Assembly: GCF_006345805.1 (NCBI RefSeq)
Contig: NC_042997.1
Location: 128,464,001-128,528,000, forward strand
Source: Octopus sinensis
Taxonomy: Eukaryota
DNA: 64,000 bases
Direction: 5' to 3'
Below, piece by piece: positions 22,826-34,299 of this stretch. The translations under genes were made by a program, and so were the position numbers. The first letter of the stretch is position 1. The number at the start of each line of letters is the position of its first letter. The notes beneath the pieces are model-generated. The model was not told the DNA's origin. It ran no database searches and saw nothing but the letters and a program-made list of their open reading frames with translations.

Positions 22826-24829
22826 AAGCTGTTGCTCTCAAATTCTTTCTCTCTCTGTCTCTTTCTCTCTAACTTACTGTTTGTTCTGAGTCATCAGCTT
22901 CTTCACAAAATGCTCCTGAATGAAAGAGCCTTATTCTTTCTTAGATTTCCTGTCAGAAAGAATTCTAATATCTATCTGATATTTCTTTTCAGTTCAAATG
23001 TTAACTTTTCTTTTCAAATTTTCTGTTTCTTGAAGAAAATACAATCAATTTTCTTTCTCCCTCATCACACTCTCTCTCCCTTTCTCTTTCTTTCTTTACT
23101 TTCAACATACCTTATTCTCATGCCCCCTCTCTCTCCCCTCATCCCTCTCTCCTGTTTTTTTCCCTTCTTCCTCTTTCATTCTCCCCATCTTTCTTTTCTT
23201 TCTCTCACTTAGCTTGAAATTGTTGCAAAAAACCCTCACAAATTGAAACAAACAACAACAGCAACCAGTCATACATAATAAATTTTTGTCTCTATGAACT
23301 TTGATGATATAACAACACCACTACCACTTTGCTGTATGCATACACACACATCACACAAACATGCATATATACATACATGCGCATGCACACACACACACAC
23401 ATTCATAAATGCATAAATACATGTGTGTGTGTGTATAATATATATATATATGTGTATGTATGTGTACATACATATTTCATGTATGTATGTGTGTGTAGCG
23501 GGTGTACATAATTAAACTACGTTTCAAAAGGTGATGTTGGATAAATATTTTAGCAAGCATGAGAATGTATGTGTAGATTTTCCATAGAATCATTTCTAGT
23601 TAGATGTCTATTGAGAGATGCCGATATTGTTGTCATCTCTCAACCCAACTGAGATGCTGCACAATGCTTTATCTCATTCTATTGCTTCATGGCTTTTGTC
23701 GTCTCATGAAAAGTTATTCCAACCACTATCTTGGTATTTTCATATAACACAGAATAAAATAAAAAAAACTGAGCTATTTTAAATATCTTCTAGCTATTTC
23801 AGGTTTATTCCTTTGTGGTAGTTCCACTGCTGAGAAAGTTAGGTTCCATGATACTGGCCCCTCCTCTTCTTCTTTAGCGTCAACCAAGAATAGTTGGTGG
23901 GCATTGCAAAGGACGGTAGAGAGATGGAGAGAAAAGCCTCAAGTGAGAATGTAGATATATACTGAAGTGTACATGCACACACACACACACACACATGTAT
24001 ATCCTTATAGATACACTCCTATACCCACTCATACATGCATAGTAAACTCACATACACAAACACATACTTACACTGAACACATACTGTCACACTTGCACAC
24101 TCTCACATAAAAGTACATACAATTACATACATATAGAGACTCAAACTCACAAACATACACATACAGTGAAACATTCTCTCCTGAACATCTATACAGATAC
24201 TTACAAACCCATCTCCAACTGAGTTCCTTCCTTCATCATTTAAAACAATAACCAGATCCTTGTGAGTTAATGGGGTGGGTGGCTTCTTTGTGAATGCTGA
24301 GGTGGTGGTGGTGGTGGGTGGGTGTTGTCACTGATCAAAAACTGCTGCAGCATGGGGTATCAAAGTATATCAGAATGTAACAGATTTTAGTGGTGATAAA
24401 AGTCCGATAGATGTTTTCCAGTTTACAAGGGTTTATAGTTTAGCTGTTCTTGTTTAACTCTGGATCAAGGCATGATTGAACAGAAGTTGTGATGAAAGAT
24501 ACTCCAACTGTGACCATCCTGTCTTTCACCAAATGCTGCCCAAAGCCAGTAATGTTTCTAAACTTGTGGGTGTGATTTGAAGGAAATTTAGTTGCTATTT
24601 GTAGTGGGTTGAATGAATAATACAATGAGGCTCCTTCACTGGATATACGAGATATCTCTAGCTTGACTTGCTAGAAATATTGTTTCAGGGAAATATTGCT
24701 ATACATGTTGGTATTGTTATGTACTCCAGATTAGCTCTGATTGAACATGCCTATTTATTGCAGGAAGTCAACAGTCCTATAGTATGCAGGAAGTCAGCCA
24801 AACAACTAGACCTGTTTTTTTTTCCATTT

Positions 24830-25560
24830 ATACTAATCTCTGCCTAGTTGAGACTCATACTGCACTAAAAAATGAAATGGCGAACCATATGAGGTGCATG
24901 TGACAGTTTGGACATAATGCACTCTCTCTATTGTTTGGTCTATTTCTGTATGCCTGTAGATTTTGGTGGTGACCATGGTGGAGGTGAGTAAGGTGAACTT
25001 GGTCAGAATTCTACCATTGCTGCTCCTCTGCATTTATGATTGAGGATAGCTTTCTAGCAATGTGTTTGGGGCCAATTAGGCTCTTTCTGTGTGTATGCTT
25101 TTTTTATTTGAGCTGAGTGGGAAATAGTGTTTTTAGGCTGCTAGTGTAGAAGTGTACTACATTGTATTATATATGCCTGGTGTTTGAAGATAGTTTTTCA
25201 GGTAGTAGCAAAGTTGAAGTTTGTTGTGTTCCTTGCATGCCTAAGTAATCTTATATTTTTAGTATTTTTATTTTATTGTAAAGATGGTCTGAGCACAATA
25301 TGTGAGGATACATAGTGTGCAGTTTTCTGTTCTTTGTAGTTTATTATGTTTTATTGTGTAGAGATTACAGGACCAGGCAGGGCTGACATGATCTATCATG
25401 AATCTAATATATTGTTCTGGACACCTTATTACTGTTTCTTGCAGAAAATATTGTGCAAGTTGAGAAAGTGAGAGAGAGAAAAATTGACTGATCTGTACCC
25501 AGTTAAAGTGACAGACTGATTCAAGGAATGTAAATAGGATTATCATATTTTGCATGTAAG
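24830..25560 (-). pseudogene. Highly decayed LINE RT C-terminal relic (possibly I/Jockey-like)
   Basis: YIRFMIDHVSPAWSCNL..KLQRTENCTLCILTYCAQT resembles the Y..F.RP..EY.SP.W....KLQR.QN...R.ITG motif; boundaries approximate. Confidence 0.4.
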
Positions 25561-26100
25561 AAATATAATTTGAATAAAAGATGAGACAGAGGTGATGATG
25601 GGTTGAGAAATGAATGTTATGGTAACAAAGGTAAGGATATGCTAAAGATGATCTGAAGAATTGGGAATAGTTCTAACTTAATAAGATTAGGCTTAAAAGG
25701 GAAAGTTAATATATGAATTAGGAAATATTGCTTTTTATTTCTCAGATGTAACTGAGCTTTCCTTTATCTTCTTTCATTCTTTTTTTGTAAATTTTGCATC
25801 AAATACACAATACATCTTACAGTGTTCTATTTCCTGAACTATTTGTTTCTTTTATTTTAAACTTTTACATGACTCACTATAAATTTGCATTCAGTCATAG
25901 GGCTGCAGCCATGTTAGGGTTAATATCTTCCACATTTTCTTTAGTTGATCATACTGTTCTCAGTACTTATTTTATAGATCTCTATTGAATGACTAAGATC
26001 CCTTTTGTTGTAGAGAAATGAAATTCAGCACCTCATTTTACATTGGCATGTACAAACATTCACACACATGCATGTACACATTGTGTGTGTATATATATAT

Positions 26101-26455
26101 CATCATCATCATCGTTTAACGTCCGTTCTCCATGCTAGCATGGGTTGGACGGTTCGACCGGGGATCTGGGAAGCCAGAAGGCTGCACCAGGCTCCAGTCT
26201 TATCTGGCAATGTTTCTACAGCTGGATGCCCTTCCTAACGCCAACCACTCCGTGAGTGTAGTGGGTGCTTTTTACGTGCCACCTGCACAGGTGCCAGGCG
26301 AGGCTGGCAACGGCCACGGTCGGATTGGTGTATTTTATGTGCCACCAGCACGGAAGCCAGTCGAGGCGGTGCTGGCATCGGCCACGAGTCGGATAGTGCT
26401 TTTTATGTACCACCAGACCAGGGATCCTGGCTGGTTCAATTCGATTTCGATTTCG
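26101..26455 (-). mobile_element. Inverted RTE 3' tail (different subfamily) abutting the 5' end of the RTE copy
   Basis: (cat)n-cgtttaacgtccgttctccatgctagcatgggttggacgg...tcgatttcgatttcg; reverse-complement-similar to 29020-29405 but with many substitutions and a different module order. Confidence 0.9.
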
Positions 26456-28792
26456 CTCCCACAACATAGACTGGTAGTTAGTGACTTTAGGATCAGGACT
26501 AGGAGGACAACCAGAAGACGACAAATATGGAGAAGAAGGATCTGGGAGCTTAAAGATCCTGCAAATGGACAGAGATTTAGGGACATATTACTTGAAGCCT
26601 CTGACGAAGTAGAAGGGGATAGAGCATCACAGGGGGTAGAAGACAGCTGGACGTTTCTAAGGGACAACCTGCTGAGAGCCACTGACCAGATCTGTGGCTG
26701 GTGCAAAGTCCCCTCTCGACCTAGAATAACGTGGTGGTGGAACAATATTGTAGACAGGGCTATTAGAGAAAAGAGACAGGCTTGGAAGGTCTGGAAAAAT
26801 GGGGGTAGCAGGGGATTGTATCAGACTGCCAAAAGAGAAGCTAGGAGACAGGTTTATTTAGCCAGAGGGGAAGCAGATAAGAAAAAATTTGCCAATGTTC
26901 TGCGCCGTGAGGACCAAAGACTGGAGGTGTTTCGTGTTGCAAGACAGTGTGTAAGAGAGAATCGTGATGTGGTAGGAGAGAAGTGTGTTCGCATGGAAGA
27001 TGGTTCACTTGCGCTAAATGAGGATGCAAAGAGAGAGGTTTGGAGATGCCACTATGAAAGGTTGCTGAATGAAGAAAATGAATGGGATAAAGAGAGTCTG
27101 CCGAATGTTGACCCAACAGAGGGACCAGCTATCCGAGTTGATAGTTCTGTGGTAGCTAAGGCAATTAGAAGCATGAAGACAGGGAAAGCCCCAGGCCCAT
27201 CAGGAATCACTGCAGAGATGCTCAAAATGTCTGGTACTGTCGGCTATAGCCTAGTCACCCGTATAGTTAATCAGGTGATACACAAAGGGGTCATACCCAA
27301 TGACTGGTGTAGCAGTATAATAGTCAACTGCTACAAAGGTAAAGGTGATGCCCTAGATACAAATAACTACAGAGGTATCAAGCTGTTGGACCAGGTGATG
27401 AAGGTTACGGAGAGGGTCATAGCCCAACTAATTAGAGAGAGAGTTAGTTTAGATGAGATGCAGTTTGGGTTTGTGCCAGGGAAAAGTACTACTGATGCTA
27501 TATTCCTGGTAAGGCAGCTGCAGGAGAAATACCTAGCCAAAGATAAGCCCCTGTACCTGGCTTTTGTTGACATGGAGAAAGCCTTCGACAGGGTCCCCCG
27601 ATCCCTTATCTGGTGGGCAATGAGGAAACTAGGGATAGATGAATGGTTAGTGAGAGCTGTGCGGGCCATGTACAGGGACGCCGCTAGTAGGGTGAGGGTT
27701 GGAAATGTGTACAGTGAAGAATTCCGGGTAGAGGTAGGAGTCCACCAAGGCTCAGTACTCAGCCCCCTCCTATTTATCATAGTCCTCCAGGCAATAACGG
27801 AGGAATTCAAGACAGGATGCCCTTGGGAGCTCCTCTATGCTGATGACCTTGCTCTAATTGCTGAGTCGCTATCAGAACTGGAGGAGAAGTTTCAGGTGTG
27901 GAAACAAGGATTAGAATCGAAGGGCCTCAGAGTCAATCTAGCTAAAACCAAAGTCGTAATCAGTAGGAAGGTAGACAAATCACAAACACCTTCAGGTAGA
28001 TGGCCCTGCTCGATCTGTAGAAAAGGTGTAGGTAGAAACTCTATAAGATGCACCAAGTGTAAGCTATGGACACATAAGAGATGCAGCAATGTCAAAGGAA
28101 GGCTAACTAGGAAGATGGTTTTTGTATGTGGCAGATGCTCAGGAACAATAAACACTGAAAATGCTCTGAGACCAACTTCCGTCACTTTCCAGGGAGAAAA
28201 ACTAGAAATAGTTGATAGTTTCCGTTACCTAGGTGACCAAGTCAGCAGCGGGGGTGGGTGTGCTGAAAGTGTAATTGCTAGAGTAAGAATAGCTTGGGCA
28301 AAGTTCAGAGAGCTCTTACCTCTGCTGGTGACAAAAGGCCTCTCGCACAGAGTGAAAGGCAGACTGTATGATGCGTGTGTACGAACAGCCATGCTACATG
28401 GCAGTGAAACATGGGCCGTGACTGCTGAGGATATGCGTAAGCTCGCTAGAAATGAAGCCAGTATGCTCCGATGGATGTGTAATGCCGGTACTCACACTCG
28501 GCAGAGTGTAAGTACCTTGAGAGAAAAGCTGGACCTAAGAAGCATCAGTTGTGGTGTGCAAGAGAGACGTTTGCGCTGGTATGGTCATGTGGCGAGAATG
28601 GATGAAGATAGTTGTGTGAAAAAGTGCCACACCCTAGCGGTTGAGGGAACCTGTGGAAGAGGCAGACCCAGGAAAACCTGGGACGAGGTGGTGAAGCACG
28701 ACCTTCGAACTTTAGGTCTCACTGAGGAAATGACTAGAGACCGAGACCTCTGGAAGTGTGCTGTGCGCGAGAAGACCCGGCAGGACAAGTGA
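26132..28792 (+). CDS. RTE-clade LINE reverse transcriptase, endonuclease-truncated, with internal PHD-like Zn finger. The first ~108 codons come from the antisense tail
   Basis: PQHRLVVSDF (end of the APE domain), GKAPGPSG, NYRGIKLL, QFGFVPGKSTTDAI, FVDMEKAFDRVP, GVHQGSVLSPLLF, YADD, FRYLG, RRLRWYGHV, GRGRPRKTW; no stops or frameshifts. Confidence 0.95.
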   Translation: MLAWVGRFDRGSGKPEGCTRLQSYLAMFLQLDALPNANHSVSVVGAFYVPPAQVPGEAGNGHGRIGVFYVPPARKPVEAVLASATSRIVLFMYHQTRDPGWFNSISISLPQHRLVVSDFRIRTRRTTRRRQIWRRRIWELKDPANGQRFRDILLEASDEVEGDRASQGVEDSWTFLRDNLLRATDQICGWCKVPSRPRITWWWNNIVDRAIREKRQAWKVWKNGGSRGLYQTAKREARRQVYLARGEADKKKFANVLRREDQRLEVFRVARQCVRENRDVVGEKCVRMEDGSLALNEDAKREVWRCHYERLLNEENEWDKESLPNVDPTEGPAIRVDSSVVAKAIRSMKTGKAPGPSGITAEMLKMSGTVGYSLVTRIVNQVIHKGVIPNDWCSSIIVNCYKGKGDALDTNNYRGIKLLDQVMKVTERVIAQLIRERVSLDEMQFGFVPGKSTTDAIFLVRQLQEKYLAKDKPLYLAFVDMEKAFDRVPRSLIWWAMRKLGIDEWLVRAVRAMYRDAASRVRVGNVYSEEFRVEVGVHQGSVLSPLLFIIVLQAITEEFKTGCPWELLYADDLALIAESLSELEEKFQVWKQGLESKGLRVNLAKTKVVISRKVDKSQTPSGRWPCSICRKGVGRNSIRCTKCKLWTHKRCSNVKGRLTRKMVFVCGRCSGTINTENALRPTSVTFQGEKLEIVDSFRYLGDQVSSGGGCAESVIARVRIAWAKFRELLPLLVTKGLSHRVKGRLYDACVRTAMLHGSETWAVTAEDMRKLARNEASMLRWMCNAGTHTRQSVSTLREKLDLRSISCGVQERRLRWYGHVARMDEDSCVKKCHTLAVEGTCGRGRPRKTWDEVVKHDLRTLGLTEEMTRDRDLWKCAVREKTRQDK

Positions 28793-29405
28793 GTCCATAA
28801 CCCGTGGCCTTCTACATGGGATGGAGCCAGCCTACGTATGCATACCTTCCCTTCTTGGGACACAAAACTCTACTTGTGAAGACGTGATGAGGCAAGTCAG
28901 GATCAGAATCGAAATCGATCAATGGAAATTGCGGATGTGCTACCAGTGCCGGTGGCATGTCAAAACTCTGCTTGTGAAGACCCGTTGAGGCAAGTGACGA
29001 TCAGAATCGAAATCGATCAATGGAAATCGATCAATGGAAATTGCAGATGTGTTACCAGTGCCGGTGGCATGTAAGAGAACTTTCCGTTTCGCGACCGTTG
29101 CCAGCACCGCCCCGTTTCGTGTCCGTTGCCAGCCTCGCCTGGCCCTCGTGCCGGTGGCACATAAAAAGCACCATCCGTTCGTGGCCGTTTGCCAGCTCTG
29201 TCTGGCACCAGTGCGGGTGGCACGTAAAAAGCACCCACTACACTCACGGAGTGGTTGGCGTTAGGAAGGGCATCCAGCCGTAGAAACACTGCCAGATTTG
29301 ACTGGGCCTGATGAAGCCTTCTGGCTTCACAGACCCCAGTAGAGCCGTCCAACCCATGCTAGCATGGAAAACGGATGCTAAACGATGATGATGATGATGA
29401 TGATG
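26456..29405 (+). mobile_element. Young 5'-truncated RTE LINE with complete 3' UTR and (GAT)n tail
   Basis: RT ORF, ~610-bp modular 3' UTR, terminal aaac(gat)n; CpG retained. Confidence 0.95.
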
Positions 29406-29547
29406 TTATGTCTACTCCTCTTAACAAGTTTATAATACGAAATGTTCTTTACAGTATTTGAAAGATGGGAGTGAAGTTTTGAATATGGTTTATTTTAAAA
29501 TGTTAACTTAATTTTGGAAGTTTTAAGATATATTTTTACCATTTGCA

Positions 29548-29695
29548 TAGGCACGGGTTGTGTGGTTATAAAGCTTGCTCATCCATGTAATTTTAAGTTC
29601 AGTCCCACAGTGCAGCACCTTAAGCATCTTCCATTGTAGCCCCAGGCTAACCAAAGCTTTGAGAGTGGATTTGGTAGATGGAAACTGAAGTGCAG
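29548..29695 (+). mobile_element. SINE family B, 5' half, degraded
   Basis: gggttgtgtggtt..aagttcagtcccac..gagtggatttggtagatggaaactga. Confidence 0.7.
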
Positions 29696-30889
29696 AATCT
29701 GTGCTTGTGAGTTTTACAGGTTCTCCAAGACAAGTGAAGTCAAAGGAAATGATGTCCTTACAAAAAATTTTTATTAGTGATTCCAGAAGAATACAGATTA
29801 GGTGATAAATTGTTGGGAAAGTATTTAATGCATGATTTGAGAAAGGTGAGATACAGTAGATTAAGAGACAGACATATTGTGTAGGTTTAGGTGGTGGTGC
29901 TTTGCAGTTTGTAGTTCAATGGAAAAGAGACCATTAAAGTGATAATAGAAGAGAAGAGATAGAGTAGTGAATCTGTTTATCTGTGAACTCATAGATGTAA
30001 TATGTTAATGAATTAATATTTGCCACTGAGTCAAATGTCCTTCTTCTGAATAGAATCAAAATTGTTTTGGTGTGTATCAGTAACACTGCCCCAGATATAT
30101 GTGCAGAATTCTAGTGTAGGTCTTAATTGATCTTTGTACAGAGTCAGTAACTAATCAAAGCCAAAATATTTCTATGCTCTAAAGAGAAATCATAGTGTTT
30201 GCAATGTAGTCTAGTGGATGTTTTTATATATATATGAGGTCAACATTAGAGATTTTGTGGCCTAAAGATTTCTAGCAGTGAATTTTAGTTATGTCTTGTT
30301 CAAGTGTAGAAACAGTTTGAACCTATTAGCCATGTATCACTATCTTACTCAGCATTTCTCTATGTATAGCAAGTGAAGGTCAACCATGAGAAACATTTCA
30401 TACATTGGAAAATGTTAGCATTTCACCTATGAAATGGAAGAATCTTATTTTCAATAAGTGAACTGAGATTAATTGTTTCTGTTTAATCAAGCAAAAATAA
30501 ATTATCAAAGAGTTTAGGCTAGCTGCTGCAAGTTTCAGATATTTTATGGACTATTGCAAATGTTTATATCAATTACTTATACAGGAGCACTTTATAATGG
30601 TTACTCTTTCAGAGTCTACTCTGTAGAATGGTGTTACTCTATTGGATAGGTACTCTGTTGGATGTTTCTTCTATTGGATGATTGTTTTTTTTAATTAATT
30701 AGAATAAGAAAGACATCAGCTATGACCTATTCACAGGACCTTTGAGAATGAGTAGAGAAAGGAAAAAGGCTTGTGTTGTCCTCAAATTTGAAACATGGTC
30801 CAAATCCAGCTATGTGGACTCTGTTAAAGGTCAAATAGTGTTGTTAATTCAGCCAATAAATTAAATCCACCTCCTAAGAACAGATACAA

Positions 30890-31045
30890 TCCATTCAACA
30901 GGCTTTCTGCACAGGTCAATCTACCAAATTTCACTCAAAAGGTTGCAGTAAAAATAAACACTTGCCTAAGGTGTTATGTAGTGGAAGTGAACCCAGAACT
31001 ACACCATAGCAAAATAAACTTCTTAATCTCATAGCATAGCACCAC
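30890..31045 (-). mobile_element. SINE family B, degraded partial
   Basis: caggctttctgcac..tctaccaaatttcactca..acacttgcctaaggtg..agtggaagtgaaccc. Confidence 0.55.
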
Positions 31046-34000
31046 CTGCACTGCACCCACAAGCAATGCCATTAATATTTTTTGAAAATATCTAGAATGT
31101 GATAATGATATAAAGCATATTTTGAAATACATTGACATAACAGTTTAGTTTCATTAAAAATTTACTATTTTATTTCATATACAAGTAGTATGAGTCCATA
31201 ATTATGTAATCTGATAAGTTATGTCTGTCTGTTATGCCAGATCATAAAAGAGGGGGAAAAGACATCAAAATGTGATCATAAGACAAACCTAGCAGTGGAT
31301 AGACCTTAAAGTAGATGTTTCCTGCTTTGCAAAATGGTTTGACCAGCTATTGTACTTAGTACATGTAATTAATCATTAAGTAGTTGAACTAGTTACTGTG
31401 TTCCACTTGCCTTCTGTGTTTGTTAAATATACTTTGATATGTTAGCTCTCCCTACTAGCCAATCACTAATGCTGATTGTATAACATGTGTTAATAAACTT
31501 ACAGCACATTAATGACTTGTAACAATATATTACGCTATTTGTCATGTCACACTTATTTATTTATATAAAAAAAATTTATCATACTACATTAAAGCCAAAA
31601 GATTTATAGGTAAACCATTAAGCCACATTTCTGGAATGTTTCCAACATTATTATTCAAAATAAATTTTCCTTCAATAATTCCTTCTCATGGGAGTCCAAT
31701 TCTGCTCTGCTAGGAATTAGCTGACTATTAAAACACTTCATTTCCTCTAAAACAAATTGCTACTATCTTCACACAGCACTTTATGGACATTAATTTTGAT
31801 TTCTTTTAAGAATTAAAGTTAATCGTCTAGATTGGTGTTACCTTTGAGTAAAAGTAAGACCATTACACCTACCTAGGTGAACAGAAGAATTCTGTGTAGA
31901 AGATTTTCTAAATCACAAAACATTGATATGCTGAATAAGTAAATAGATTATGAATTATAGTATCATATTGGAATTATTTGATCCTAAATAGAAAACCTGA
32001 AATTGTCTCTAACAATGCAGGCATATATTTTCTTTACATCCTCAGTTTCATAAAGATGTATATGTGTACAGTAATGTGCTACATTTATGCATGCAATATG
32101 TATGTGTATAAGAAAGTATATTTGTACATTTACATATGTGGTGTGAGGAAAAAATAAAAAGATAGATGTTAATATAAATGTTTTCAAAATACACTATACA
32201 CTAGATGTTATTGAAGAAAAATTTGAGAAGAAAATCTCAAACAATTATTAATAAATGTGAGATAGACTTGATTGCTTATTATTGTTTTTATGAATTCTGA
32301 TGAGAAGTTGTTTTCCTTCAATTTTTCATTTGAGTCCTAAGTATGTGATGTGAGACTCAAAACTGTAAGTTTATTGAAAAAATACTGAATATATGTTATG
32401 GCTCATTTTAAAAAAAATACTTCAAGTAGATGATAGCTTTGTTTTCTTTTAGTGGCAGGCTTTCATCATTTTGGCTCAGGCAGCTCTAGGTCTGAACTGT
32501 CTAATCTATTTGCTCTAGTTGATATTGCATATACTTTGGATTATCTTCATTCTGCAGTAACCTCTATGACTATTAAGAATATACATTTCTTTCAGGTTTT
32601 CAAATGATCAAATTTATCAAAGAATGTACTTCTGCAATAAATTGACAGCTGAGTTGAAGAGGAGACAGGAAAAAAAATGTTTTCCTTAAAATCATGCTTA
32701 CGGAATAAGCCAAACATTGTGAAATAATGAAGTACTGTAATAATGATGTTTAGAGTAACAGGCTTTGAGGCACAGTTATAACAATATAGATAGTCAATTC
32801 ATAATTGAAGTATTATTGTTAAATTAGTGAACTTCTTGAGAAAGCAGTATTTTAGAAAGCTTTACTTTTGCTACTCTCAGGATAATAAAATATGTACAGA
32901 GAATATACTAGATTCAATCAGTTGACTGTACAAAACTTGGCAATGTACATTAGAAAGAAATCATATTGGCATTGATCTGTATTTTATTATATCATTGCAT
33001 GATGGAATTGAATGATTCATAGGAGAGAGATAGAGACAAATAGTTGAATATTAAACATAAGGTAAGAAAGAGTTGAAGCCAAGTAATTAGCATAAATATG
33101 AATATTTCTGCAACAGAGTATCAGCCTTAAAATAAATCATTAAGACAGACTTGGAGCCACTGAATGCAACTTAGATAAAAATCTACCCAAGCTTTCTTTT
33201 AATTATTTATCACATTCTATCAATGGAACTACTATTGTGAATCAGTGTTTTTATAACAATAAAACATGTCAAAGACTTTCACTCATTTCTCTAGAATCTT
33301 TCTTTCTTTCATCTGTCTCCATTATTTGTAACAGTCATTTAGAAAATCTTCACTACTTATTTTTAATGTAAAACTTTGTAAGACTTTCAATCATTTACTT
33401 TATTTATTTTATTCTATTTACTTTTTTCTTTTTGTTCATTTTAATCTTCAATCTTTATTTCTCTTGATGTCTCTATCTGAAGTAGAATTCTAACTTAAAA
33501 ATGTTTATTTTTCAAATATATCTATTCAGATTTTCAGTTTAATATTCATTCATTGTTTAAGAAAATACATTTTCTTTCAATGCTTTTTTTTCGTGTTATG
33601 TTTTGCTTTTTTGTTTTCCGTGCACTTCTATTTCTACATAGTTTCATGGTTTTCAATAAAAAGTAGTTTTTCATGTGATATCAAGATTGCTTTGATATTG
33701 TCTATGTAATGTTATAATCTGAATACATAGCTATTGTTTCTTTGAAATTTTGCACTGCTTTCTAAAATTAAAATTCTGATTTTTGGTAATTTATTTTAAT
33801 TCATTTTCAAATTTTAAAAAATTCAAATTCTTGATTTCAATATATGCAAACTTGAATATCAAATTTGTCTACTTTCAGTCTAATCTCTCACCAATCTTTT
33901 TCACATCTATATCTCTAACATCTTCTCTTATAGAAATAGTCATGAAACCCTAGATAAAAGAACTTCTTGCATTTAGTTACATTGCTTTATACGCAGAGTT

Positions 34001-34299
34001 CAAATCCCAGAAAGGTCATCTTAGCTTTTCAATAAAATAGAGTATTAATGAAGTACTGTGGTTAGTATAATTGTTTGCAACCAACATTGGTCTTATGTAG
34101 CTAGAATCAGACCTGTTTCTGCTTTTAAACCAGAGTTTTGGGGCTATTTATGGCTTTATTTCACTCTGGTTTCCTTCCTCTTTGACAAATTTTACAAGAT
34201 ATTGGCCATGAAGTGGGTTTTTTGCTTCCATTTTTTTCTTCAGCATACTTCTGTATTTTCTTTTGATTTTGTCTGCTGTTTCATAACCTTTTCTGTTGT

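Noticed and set aside
24960-24983. Plus-strand 24-nt micro-exon signal (ctgtag|..gag|gtgagt)
   Set aside because: Lies within a probable LINE relic; no other support.
28878-28925. Hammerhead-like gtgatgag...gaaatcgatc in the RTE 3' UTR
   Set aside because: The core is not CUGANGA (GUGAUGA here, CCGUUGA in the duplicate), and stems I and II do not pair.
26080-29430. Target-site duplication around the RTE composite
   Set aside because: The left flank (tgtgtgtatatatatat) and right flank (ttatgtctactcc) share no direct repeat.
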